DNA of 55,247 nucleotides from Candidatus Amesbacteria bacterium RIFCSPLOWO2_01_FULL_49_25 (GTDB lineage: Bacteria; Patescibacteriota; Microgenomatia; CAZETR01; Amesbacteraceae): positions 1 through 55,247 of the forward strand of contig MEXP01000027.1 in assembly GCA_001773725.1 (NCBI GenBank), read 5' to 3'. The notes under the pieces were generated by a model that saw nothing but the letters and a program-made list of their open reading frames with translations, had not been told where the DNA came from and did no database searches. Shown piece by piece: positions 34,003 to 42,928 of this stretch. The translations under genes were made by a program, and so were the position numbers. The first letter of the stretch is position 1, and each line of letters starts with the position of its first letter.

Positions 34003-35810
34003 GAGTGATTCATTATATATATGTTCCAAATTTTGTGGTAAGCATTTTCCAGATTTTGGGTATATTGTTGGATATTAAACAAAGGGCTAGTAAGGACTAT
34101 TGGGGGGATCTTTTCGGGGCGTAAGGCCAGGTTTAGGGCCAGGTTTTCATACTCGGAGAGTGAGTGAGTGATAAGTTGGGGCAGGGCCGCGGCAGTGAGA
34201 ATACTGGCGGAGACTCGGGAAGCGAAGTGATTGCCCATGAGAGTAATTACAGGAACTTTGGACATTAGAGCATCGACGGTTGTTGTATGGCCATTAACCG
34301 GGTAAGAATCCAGAACGATATTGGCTTGGGCCACACGGTCTAAATGCTGGCGCTTGGGAAGTATGGGGACGAAGACGATTCTGGCCGGATCGATTCCCCG
34401 GAGTTTGGCTTCGGCTTTTAAATTATCTACTGCTTCTGATGTGCTTTCCAACTGCCAAAGGACACTGCGGGGAAGTTTTTTCAGGATCCTCATCCACACC
34501 AAAAACAACGGGGGACGTATTTTATAAGTGTGATTAAAAGACGCGAATACAAATGGCTGGTGGGATTTGGGAGAGGGGAGCGGAGCTTTGAATCCGGTGT
34601 CAGCCGGGCGGTAACAGTGGGGCAGGTAGACAACTTTTTCGGTGTAATATTTTTGGGCAGATGGGGGAATAACAATTTTGTCGGCAATAATGTAGTCTAT
34701 AAAGTCCGCTCCGGTAGTACCCGGATAGCCTAAGTAATTGACTTGGACGGGGGCGGGCCTTCTGGCAAAAATGCCCAGCCGGTTGTTTTTGGTGTGACCT
34801 TTGAGGTCGACTAGAATGTTGATCTTTTCTTTGTTTATGAGAACGGCGGCTTCTGTGTCGCTTTGTGTTTCAATGTTTATAAATTTGTCCACGGAGTTTA
34901 CAACTCGGCGTCTCCAGTCGCTTCGGTCTCTGGCTCCATAGCTAATCGCGTAAATTTCAAATTGATCTTTGTCATGATGTTCCAAAACAGGGGCCAGATT
35001 GTGGGCGGTAGGAAAGTCGCGGAATCCATCCGAGAGATAAGCGATCTTAATTTTTTTGGCTGGGCGCAGATAGTGAAAGTTAATATTTGCGGTTGTAAAT
35101 TTTTGAGACCAGCTGAGGGCTGTTTGATAGTTTTTGGCATCGCTTGAGTGCATAGTTAAGTCGAAGAACGGGGGCTGTTGAACCTTGAGTTTTATTAAGC
35201 GCTGGTAAAGTTTACCGGCTTCTTTCCAAGCGCAGATTCTAAAAAGCTCAAAAACAAGGTGGGGGGTGGGATTGGGAACGTGGCGCAGGGACTCGATGCC
35301 GCGCTGGGATTGCCCGTTGTTTATGCACACCAGACCCAAATTGTGGTAAGCATCATAAAAATCGGGAGAGAGTTGAATTGCCTTTTGATATGAATTAATG
35401 GCGAGCGATGAATGTCCTAGATCGCTGTAGACATTACCAAGGTTGAAATAAACTTGGGGAAAGTCGGGATTGACTTGTAAGGCTTTAAAAAAACATTGCA
35501 GGCTTTGGTGATACTTGCGGTTGATGTGATATAAAATTCCTTGCTGGACGTATAGTATTGCCAAGTTGTGTTTTGCGGTTTGATAGCTAGGGTCGATACT
35601 GACGGCTTTTTTCAAAAGTTTGACAGCCTTTTCAATTTGACCGGTTTTTTCCAAGACTAGGGCGTAATTGACATAAGTATTTACCAGCGTTGGGTCAATT
35701 TCCAATGCTTTTTCGAAATTTTCACTGGCTTTCTGATATTCCCCGTTTTTTTGATAGAGGCTTCCTAGGTTGAAGCAGGCTATGGCATTAAGATAATTTT
35801 GTGAGGGCAT
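33999..35810 (-). CDS. TPR + GT41 glycosyltransferase, paralog 6
   Basis: Start MPSQNYL at 35810; SDGFRDFPT, FNHTYKI, NGHTTTVD. Confidence 0.92.
   Translation of the reverse strand: MPSQNYLNAIACFNLGSLYQKNGEYQKASENFEKALEIDPTLVNTYVNYALVLEKTGQIEKAVKLLKKAVSIDPSYQTAKHNLAILYVQQGILYHINRKYHQSLQCFFKALQVNPDFPQVYFNLGNVYSDLGHSSLAINSYQKAIQLSPDFYDAYHNLGLVCINNGQSQRGIESLRHVPNPTPHLVFELFRICAWKEAGKLYQRLIKLKVQQPPFFDLTMHSSDAKNYQTALSWSQKFTTANINFHYLRPAKKIKIAYLSDGFRDFPTAHNLAPVLEHHDKDQFEIYAISYGARDRSDWRRRVVNSVDKFINIETQSDTEAAVLINKEKINILVDLKGHTKNNRLGIFARRPAPVQVNYLGYPGTTGADFIDYIIADKIVIPPSAQKYYTEKVVYLPHCYRPADTGFKAPLPSPKSHQPFVFASFNHTYKIRPPLFLVWMRILKKLPRSVLWQLESTSEAVDNLKAEAKLRGIDPARIVFVPILPKRQHLDRVAQANIVLDSYPVNGHTTTVDALMSKVPVITLMGNHFASRVSASILTAAALPQLITHSLSEYENLALNLALRPEKIPPIVLTSPLFNIQQYTQNLENAYHKIWNIYIMNHS
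34708..34757. repeat. 50-nt perfect repeat shared with 39677-39726 (paralogs 6 and 9)
   Basis: gctccggtagtacccggatagcctaagtaattgacttggacgggggcggg occurs at both sites. Confidence 0.85.
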
Positions 35811-37455
35811 ATTCCAGGTTTTGAGTATACTCGCGGATATTAAATATGGGGGCAGTTTTGTTAATTTGGGGAAGAGAGGCGGGATGCAAACCAAAATTTA
35901 CGGCCAATTTTTCGTATTCATTCAGGGTACGAGTAATCAATTGCGGCAGATTTGCGGCCGCAAGGACGCTGGCTGAAACCCGGGATGCGAAATGTCGGCC
36001 GATGAGTGTAATAACAGGTACTCCGGCTAGCAGACAATCGACCGTGGTGGTATGACCATTGGTAGGGAAAGTGTCAAGAGCGATATCGGCAAGCTGGAGT
36101 CGAGACAAATGGCTGGATTTTTCCAGTTTGGGAGCAAAAATGATTCTTCGGAAGTCGATACCGTTTTTGACAGCCTCTTTGTGAAGGTTGGATGCCGCCA
36201 AGCCGCTGCTTTGAAGCTGCCAGAGAATACTGCCGGGGACACTTTTTAGTATTTTCATCCAGATTGTAAATATTTGCGGAGTGATTTTATAAGTATGGTT
36301 AAATGAGGCAAATACTATTCCCTTGGACGGTAATCCTACTTGGGCCCGGGAGACTTTTTTTAGCTGGCTGGCTATTTGATTGTCGGTGGGTCTGTAACAG
36401 TGGGGGAGATAGATGACTTTTTCGGTATAGTGGTTCTTCTGGGCGGGGGGGATAGTTATTTTATCGGCAATGACATAGTCCAAAAAAGCGGCGCCAGTGG
36501 TACCGGGATATCCCAAGTAAGAAATTTGGATTGGAGCGGGCCGGTAAGCCAATATTTCCAGGCGGTTTCCCGAACTGTGGCCTTTGAGGTCGATCAGAAT
36601 ATCAATTTTGTCTGCATGAATTTGATTGGCGGCTGCGAAATTGCTGGCTCGGTTTATGTCGCGGATAGTATCAAACGCGGCCGCGGATCTTTTTTGCCAC
36701 GGGCTGTCGTCTGTTGTTCCCCAGGTATAGCCGTGGACAATAAACTTAGTTTTGTCATGACTTTCAAGTAAGCCGACAATGTTATGGCCGGTGGGAAAAT
36801 TTTTGAGTCCATCTGATAAATAACCGAGCCTGATCTTTTTGCCCCTTTTTGAATAATTAAATGTACTTTTTTTGGAAAAAACGGCGCTTTGCTTTTGGGC
36901 CAGAATTTTGTTTTGAGCCGGGTTATCGGTAAAAATTAAATGCAGAAAAGGACTTAAGTTTTCCAACTCGAGAAGTTTAGCTAAATCTGACTTTCTGGAT
37001 TTCCAATCACAGGCTTTATCCAATTCATGCCGGAGAATGCTTAACAAATGTAGATTGCCGGGGTTGTTGATTAACCCCTTTTTTAAAATACCAACCGCTT
37101 TTGAGTTGCGGCCGTAAGCGCTAAGCAATAGCCCAAGGTTTTTGTAGGCCGAGGCGTTATGCGGGTCTATTTGAAATGCTTTGGTATATGCGCTAGTGGC
37201 TAAATTGATTTTTCTTAAGCCTTCGTACGCCAACCCCAAATTGTAATAAACTCTGGCCAGTCCGGTAATTTTGGCTTTTTGAAGATAGTGTACGGCCTGG
37301 GAAAAGTTGTTTTTTTTCAAATGACATACACCGATATCGTTGTAGACAAAATGAGCGCTAGGATTGGACTTTAAATGTCGAGAAAATAAAGTCAGAGATT
37401 TATCCCAATCCCCCTGGTGCAGGCAGGATAGCCCTTGGTTGTATAGGTCATCCAT
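35788..37455 (-). CDS. TPR + GT41 glycosyltransferase, paralog 7
   Basis: SDGLKNFPT, FNHTYKI, NGHTTTVD. Confidence 0.92.
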   Translation of the reverse strand: MDDLYNQGLSCLHQGDWDKSLTLFSRHLKSNPSAHFVYNDIGVCHLKKNNFSQAVHYLQKAKITGLARVYYNLGLAYEGLRKINLATSAYTKAFQIDPHNASAYKNLGLLLSAYGRNSKAVGILKKGLINNPGNLHLLSILRHELDKACDWKSRKSDLAKLLELENLSPFLHLIFTDNPAQNKILAQKQSAVFSKKSTFNYSKRGKKIRLGYLSDGLKNFPTGHNIVGLLESHDKTKFIVHGYTWGTTDDSPWQKRSAAAFDTIRDINRASNFAAANQIHADKIDILIDLKGHSSGNRLEILAYRPAPIQISYLGYPGTTGAAFLDYVIADKITIPPAQKNHYTEKVIYLPHCYRPTDNQIASQLKKVSRAQVGLPSKGIVFASFNHTYKITPQIFTIWMKILKSVPGSILWQLQSSGLAASNLHKEAVKNGIDFRRIIFAPKLEKSSHLSRLQLADIALDTFPTNGHTTTVDCLLAGVPVITLIGRHFASRVSASVLAAANLPQLITRTLNEYEKLAVNFGLHPASLPQINKTAPIFNIREYTQNLEYALTKLS

Positions 37456-38998
37456 TGATTGACAGGTAGGCTTGTTCTAGATCGAGGGTAAACTGTTTAG
37501 TATCAAATAGGGCTGAGGATTTGGACACTTGAGGTAGCTTTTGAGGATGAGTGGCTAGATTGACGGCCAAATCTTCATAACTTTTTAAGTTTTTGGTGAT
37601 CAGCTGGGGGAGGCCCGCGGAGGTTAATATGCTGGCCGACACACGAGAGGCAAAATGTGTCCCCAAAGTTGTGACCACCGGAACGCCGGCCCATAAACAT
37701 TCGAGTGTAGTAGTGTGACCATTGACAGGGGTTGTGTCCAAGGCCAAATCGGCCCGGCTGAGCCGAGCCAGGTGTTGATCCGGGGGAAGTTTGCCAGCGA
37801 ATAGGATGCGACTGGGATTGACTCCCAGCTGAAGCGACTGCAGCCGGAGGTTTTTTGGGGCATGGCCTTCGGCCCATAACCAGAGGCGACTTTCGGGAAC
37901 GCGTTTTAAAATATTCATCCACACTTTAAACACTGGCGGTTCGGTTTTGTAACTTTGGTTGAATGAGCAGAAGGTGAAAGTTTTATTGATTTTTTTCTTG
38001 AGGGGAACTTTTGATCCAAAGTCGTAAATTTGGTACGTGTGGGGCATATAGATGGGCCTTTCGGTGTAATACTTTAGTTCATGCCGGGGGGTAACGATTT
38101 TGTCTGTCACAATGTAATCTATGAAAGAAGCTCCGGTGGTACCGGGAAAGCCCAGCCAAGCGATTTGAACTGGTGCGGGCCGGAGGCTAAAGACGTCGAG
38201 TTTGCCGTGTTGGGTATGGCCCTTGAGGTCGACGAGAATATCCACCCTTTCATTGGCAATTGTCTGGGCGAACTGTAAGGAGTTGACGCCCTGTAAGTCA
38301 ATAAATTCATCGGAGTAATTTTGGGCTAGGCGCCGGTAGATTGAATGATCGTCGGTTCCGTAGGAAAACAAGATAATTTTGAATAGCTGCTTGTTGTGGT
38401 GGCGCAAAAGTCCGGTTATTTTGTGGCCGGTGGGGAAGTCGCGAAACCCATCGGAAACGTAGCCGATGGTTATGCGATTATTTTTAATTCGAGGAGGAAG
38501 TTTAACTGACAGGCCAGCAGTTTCTTTTTGAATAGAGCGGCTCCAATTCCTGGCCACTTGAAAGTTGTGAGCCGGATTGGGGTCCGTAATGATATTGAAG
38601 AAGGGGGTTTGGTCACAGAGGGGGGGCGTCAGAGTGCGATCTAACTCCTGCCAGGCGCAAATGCTTTTTAAATAAAAAATGTGTCTAAGGCGGGCCGCTG
38701 TATTGTGCGGATTAATTTCCAGTGCTTCTTTTAGCCGGCCCAAATTACTCAAGGCTGAACTCAAATTAACGCGAGCTTTTTGATAGTCGGGCTTTAGGGC
38801 GACGGCCCGACGGTACCATTTGATGGCGGCCAGGTATTTTTGCTGGCGGGCGAAGGCGTTTCCCAGATTGAAGTTGAGGATAGAATTGTCCGGGTCAAGT
38901 TTTAAGGCTTGGGAAAAGAGTTTTCCAGCTATCTGGAAATGTCCTTGTTTCTGGGCCAGATTGCCTTGCTCGTTTAACAGGTTTACCGCATCGTCCAT
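37448..38998 (-). CDS. TPR + GT41 glycosyltransferase, paralog 8 (short TPR region)
   Basis: SDGFRDFPT, FNQSYKT, NGHTTTLE. Confidence 0.92.
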   Translation of the reverse strand: MDDAVNLLNEQGNLAQKQGHFQIAGKLFSQALKLDPDNSILNFNLGNAFARQQKYLAAIKWYRRAVALKPDYQKARVNLSSALSNLGRLKEALEINPHNTAARLRHIFYLKSICAWQELDRTLTPPLCDQTPFFNIITDPNPAHNFQVARNWSRSIQKETAGLSVKLPPRIKNNRITIGYVSDGFRDFPTGHKITGLLRHHNKQLFKIILFSYGTDDHSIYRRLAQNYSDEFIDLQGVNSLQFAQTIANERVDILVDLKGHTQHGKLDVFSLRPAPVQIAWLGFPGTTGASFIDYIVTDKIVTPRHELKYYTERPIYMPHTYQIYDFGSKVPLKKKINKTFTFCSFNQSYKTEPPVFKVWMNILKRVPESRLWLWAEGHAPKNLRLQSLQLGVNPSRILFAGKLPPDQHLARLSRADLALDTTPVNGHTTTLECLWAGVPVVTTLGTHFASRVSASILTSAGLPQLITKNLKSYEDLAVNLATHPQKLPQVSKSSALFDTKQFTLDLEQAYLSING

Positions 38999-40770
38999 AG
39001 TTTTTGAAATGCCTTTTCGAGATCTCTGGTATAGCTTTTGGTGTCAAAAAGGATCGATTGTTTGTCTACCGGGGGGAGCCGGTCGGGGTGGGCGGCTAAT
39101 TCCACGGCCAGGTCCGCATAACTTTTTAGGTTTTTGGTGATGAGCTGGGGGAGACCGGCGGCTGTTAATGCGCTGGAGGAAACACGGGAGGCGAAATTTC
39201 TACCCGCCATGGTGATGACGGGGACGCCAGCCCATAGACAGTCGACCGTGGTAGTGTGACCGTTGGTGGGATAAGTATCCAGGGCCAAGTTGGCTCGGCT
39301 AAGCCGGGCCAGGTGCTGGGGTTTGTCCATTTCATGAATATATGTGATTCTTGCGGGGTCGACTCCGTATTTTTTGGTGTAAGCGGTTAATTTTTGGCGC
39401 ACCGGATTGTCTTCTACCCATATCCAGAGAACGGTTTTGGCGGTTCTTTTGAGGATATTCAGCCAAGCTTTAAACATTGCCTCTTCTATTTTGTAGGATG
39501 AGTTAAACGAGGCAAAGATAAAGGATCGGGATGGTTGGAGTGGGGGAGGGTGGATCTTAAATCTGGTATCGGTCGGGCGATAACAATGAGGCAAGTAAAT
39601 GACTTTCTCGGTGTAGTATTTTTGGGCGGAGGGGGGAATTACTATTTTGTCAGCAACGATATAGTCCATGAATTTGGCTCCGGTAGTACCCGGATAGCCT
39701 AAGTAATTGACTTGGACGGGGGCGGGTCTTGCGGCAAAAATTCCCAGCCGATTGTTTTGAGTGTGACCTTTGAGGTCGACCAAAATATCTATTTGAAGCT
39801 GGTTGATTAACTTGGCGGTCTCCGGATCCGAAAGGCTGTCGATTTCTATAAAATGATCCACGGCTTCGATGACTTTCTTTCTCCAAATGCTTTTGTCGTT
39901 GGGTCCCCACGAAAAGGCAAAAATCTCGTACTTATCCTTATTGTGGCTGCGGAGTACTTCAAGCAAGTTGTGGGTGGTGGGAAAGTCTCTGAAGCCGTCT
40001 GTGGCATAGCCAATTTTCAAACGAGAATGGTGGTTGGGATAATTAAATTTAACAGGTTCGTAATATAGGGAATTACTCCACACTCTTGCTATAACCAGAT
40101 TATCTTGGGGGTTGTCACTGCGGGTGATATTAATAAACGGAGTTTCACCCGGGTCGGGACTGTTCAGACTATTTAGTATTTGAGAAAACTCCTTGGTTTT
40201 GGCCCAGTCGCATCTATTGCGATAGTATTCGTAGAGGCTGGTGATAGCGCGGGCGTGGCGGGGATTTTTATCGACGGCTAGTTGGTAATATTTGACTGCA
40301 AGCGAGGTTTTGCCTTGTTTGCTGTGAGTCAGTCCCAGATTATATAGGGCGTCGGCGGAGGGGTTTTTGACGATAGTCTGTTTAAATAAAAGTTTGGCTT
40401 TATCCAGTTGGCCCTGTTGGGATAAGACAACTCCCAGATCATTGGCGGCTTGTGAGTTATTAGGGTTTATCAGGAGGAGTCTTTCCAGAGTTTTTTTGGC
40501 GGCTGGCAATTTGCCCAAATGAAGTTGTGTTAACCCCAGATTGTAAAGAACTATTTCATTTTCTGGTTCCAATTCGAGAGCTTTGGTGAAGGTTGACTCG
40601 GCCGCTGATAATTTTCCTAAATCGGACAGGCTGGCTCCCAAGTTGATATAGGCGTTTAATAAATTGGGATCGGCCCGGATGGCTTTTTGGAAATATTCGA
40701 CCGCCCGGTTGAACTGCCGGCGCTGGTAGAAGTGAAAACCTTTTTGAAAAAAAGTCAGTGCATCATCCAT
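38983..40770 (-). CDS. TPR + GT41 glycosyltransferase, paralog 9
   Basis: TDGFRDFPT, FNSSYKI, NGHTTTVD. Confidence 0.92.
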   Translation of the reverse strand: MDDALTFFQKGFHFYQRRQFNRAVEYFQKAIRADPNLLNAYINLGASLSDLGKLSAAESTFTKALELEPENEIVLYNLGLTQLHLGKLPAAKKTLERLLLINPNNSQAANDLGVVLSQQGQLDKAKLLFKQTIVKNPSADALYNLGLTHSKQGKTSLAVKYYQLAVDKNPRHARAITSLYEYYRNRCDWAKTKEFSQILNSLNSPDPGETPFINITRSDNPQDNLVIARVWSNSLYYEPVKFNYPNHHSRLKIGYATDGFRDFPTTHNLLEVLRSHNKDKYEIFAFSWGPNDKSIWRKKVIEAVDHFIEIDSLSDPETAKLINQLQIDILVDLKGHTQNNRLGIFAARPAPVQVNYLGYPGTTGAKFMDYIVADKIVIPPSAQKYYTEKVIYLPHCYRPTDTRFKIHPPPLQPSRSFIFASFNSSYKIEEAMFKAWLNILKRTAKTVLWIWVEDNPVRQKLTAYTKKYGVDPARITYIHEMDKPQHLARLSRANLALDTYPTNGHTTTVDCLWAGVPVITMAGRNFASRVSSSALTAAGLPQLITKNLKSYADLAVELAAHPDRLPPVDKQSILFDTKSYTRDLEKAFQKLWTMR

Positions 40771-42371
40771 AAATAGGCTGCCTCCAGTCTTTTTGTGTAC
40801 GCCTGGGTGTCGAAGAGGGGAGTCTTTTGGGAGACTCGGGGAAGTTTGGATGGTTGAAGGCCAAAATCGATAGCTAATTTAGCGTAGTGTTTTAAATCGC
40901 GGGCTACGAGTTGGGGTAGGCCGGCTGCGGAGAGGACGGTGGCGGAGACTCGAGAGGCAAAATGTGTCCCCAGGGTAGTAATTACGGGCACGCCTGCCCA
41001 CAAACAGTCGACAGTAGTGGTGTGGCCGTTGACGGGGGTGGTATCTAACGCCAGGTCGGCGTGACTTATGCGGGCGAGGTGGTCGGCTTTGGAGAGTCGG
41101 CCTGCCAAAATTATTTTGGAAGGATTTACGCGATGCTTTTTGGCTTCTCTAATCAAGTTTTGGATTGCCGCTGCGTTGGTGACGTATAACCATAAAACAC
41201 TTCCGGGAACGCGGTTGAGTGCGGCCATCCAGACTGCAAAAACTTCGGGCGTGATTTTGTAATGACCGTTGAAAGAAGAATAGATAAAGCCTTTTTCGGG
41301 TAGCCCCAGACTGGATCTGGTGAATTTTGATTTGTGGATTTTGAATTTGTTTTCGGTGGGTCGATAACAGTGGGGAAGACGGATAATTTCTTCGGTAAAA
41401 TATTCGTTTTCATTGGGGGGATTGACTATTTTATCGCCGATAAAATAGTCTATGAAGGAGGCTCCCGACGTGCCTGGGAAGCCGAGGTAATTGACCTGAA
41501 TCGGTGCGGGGCGGCGGGCAAAGATGCCTAGCCGGCCGCCGCTGGTATGACTTTTTAGGTCGACCAGGATATCTACCTGGTCCTGGTAAATTTTGGCAGC
41601 GGCGGCTTGATCTGCAGCTGGGCTTAAATCGATAAATTCGTCGGCCAGGGAGGCGATTTCTCTTCTAATTTGACTCTGGTCATCGGGGCTAAAGGAATAA
41701 GCCAGTATTCGGAATTTATCGCGGTTGTGGCAGCGAAACAAGCCGGTGATGGTATAGGCTGTGGGAAAATCACGGAATCCGTCTGAAGCATAACCTACGG
41801 TGATAACTTTTCCCGGCTTTTTTTTGCAAATAAAGGGTGTAATTTGTTGAAGAGCCGCTTGGCTGTAGGCCCTGGCAATTTGTAAGTTGCGCTGGGGATC
41901 GGCCGACCGAATAACGCTCATAAACGGCTGTTCACCAGGTTTTTTTCCCAAGGCAAGCTCTTGCGATGTAATTTTATCCAGCTGACGTGCCAACTGGGGG
42001 CGGGTCCAATCACATATGAATGGCAGGCGATTGACTAAGTGGGCGAGAGCCTGGGAGTTATGGGAGTTAATGGCATAAGCTTTTAAGTACTGGTCTATGG
42101 CTTCGGAATATTTATCCTGACGGGCATAGGCAATCCCTAGGTTGAAGTAGGCGAAATCAGACTTAGAATCCAATTTGATGGCTTGTTGATATGCTTCAAT
42201 GGCCTGGGTAAACTTCCCCAGCCGGGAAAGAGTTACCCCTAGATTGCTGAAGGCAAACTTGTTGGTGGGATATGCCCGGGTTTGCTTTTGATAAACTTCG
42301 CTAGCTGCTTTTATCTGTCCAGAATCTAGCAGCTGGCTGCCCAATTTTTCGAACTCTTCAATGGTGGTCAT
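40755..42371 (-). CDS. TPR + GT41 glycosyltransferase, paralog 10
   Basis: SDGFRDFPT, FNGHYKI, NGHTTTVD. Confidence 0.92.
   Translation of the reverse strand: MTTIEEFEKLGSQLLDSGQIKAASEVYQKQTRAYPTNKFAFSNLGVTLSRLGKFTQAIEAYQQAIKLDSKSDFAYFNLGIAYARQDKYSEAIDQYLKAYAINSHNSQALAHLVNRLPFICDWTRPQLARQLDKITSQELALGKKPGEQPFMSVIRSADPQRNLQIARAYSQAALQQITPFICKKKPGKVITVGYASDGFRDFPTAYTITGLFRCHNRDKFRILAYSFSPDDQSQIRREIASLADEFIDLSPAADQAAAAKIYQDQVDILVDLKSHTSGGRLGIFARRPAPIQVNYLGFPGTSGASFIDYFIGDKIVNPPNENEYFTEEIIRLPHCYRPTENKFKIHKSKFTRSSLGLPEKGFIYSSFNGHYKITPEVFAVWMAALNRVPGSVLWLYVTNAAAIQNLIREAKKHRVNPSKIILAGRLSKADHLARISHADLALDTTPVNGHTTTVDCLWAGVPVITTLGTHFASRVSATVLSAAGLPQLVARDLKHYAKLAIDFGLQPSKLPRVSQKTPLFDTQAYTKRLEAAYLWMMH
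40940..41045. repeat. 106-nt near-identical segment shared with 42580-42685 (paralogs 10 and 11)
   Basis: Four mismatches over 106 nt; the last 50 nt are identical. Confidence 0.85.
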
Positions 42372-42928
42372 AAGGCATGGTGCATCTGAAAAAATGCCAT
42401 TTCTAAATTCCTAGTATATTGTTTGGTGTCAAACAAGGGACAGGATTTGATTTGCTGTCTAAGTCTACTTTTGAGTCTAAGCAGCTTCTGGGGATGGGTG
42501 GCCAAGTCGACTGCCAGATTTTCATATTGAGATAGGTTGGAGGTGATTAGCTGGGGGAGACCTACGGCTTTTAGACAGCTGGCGGAGACTCTAGAGGCAA
42601 AATGTGTCCCAATGGTAGTAATTACGGGCACGCCGGCCCACAAACAGTCGACAGTAGTGGTGTGGCCGTTGACGGGGGTGGTATCCAGGGCCAAATCACT
42701 CTTGGATAGTCTTTGCAGATGCTCTCGTTTGGGAAGAGTGGGGACGAAGATAATTCTGGTCTTGTCGACCCCGCTTTTTTTGGCTTGAAGAACTAAATTG
42801 TTTTCGGTGTACTGGTGAGTATGTAGTAACCAAAGGACACTTTCGGGGACTCTGGTTAATGTTCTCATCCAAGCGGTGAATACATCGGCCTCGATTTTGT
42901 AGGCGGAATTAAGACAGGAAAAAACCAT
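42368..42928 (-). CDS. GT41 paralog 11, C-terminal catalytic lobe (separate frame, 186 aa from ATG 42928)
   Basis: MVFSCLNSAYKIEADV...LPKREHLQRL...LDTTPVNGHTTTVD...; the upstream part of the tracked ORF is out-of-frame junk. Confidence 0.75.
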   Translation of the reverse strand: MVFSCLNSAYKIEADVFTAWMRTLTRVPESVLWLLHTHQYTENNLVLQAKKSGVDKTRIIFVPTLPKREHLQRLSKSDLALDTTPVNGHTTTVDCLWAGVPVITTIGTHFASRVSASCLKAVGLPQLITSNLSQYENLAVDLATHPQKLLRLKSRLRQQIKSCPLFDTKQYTRNLEMAFFQMHHAL

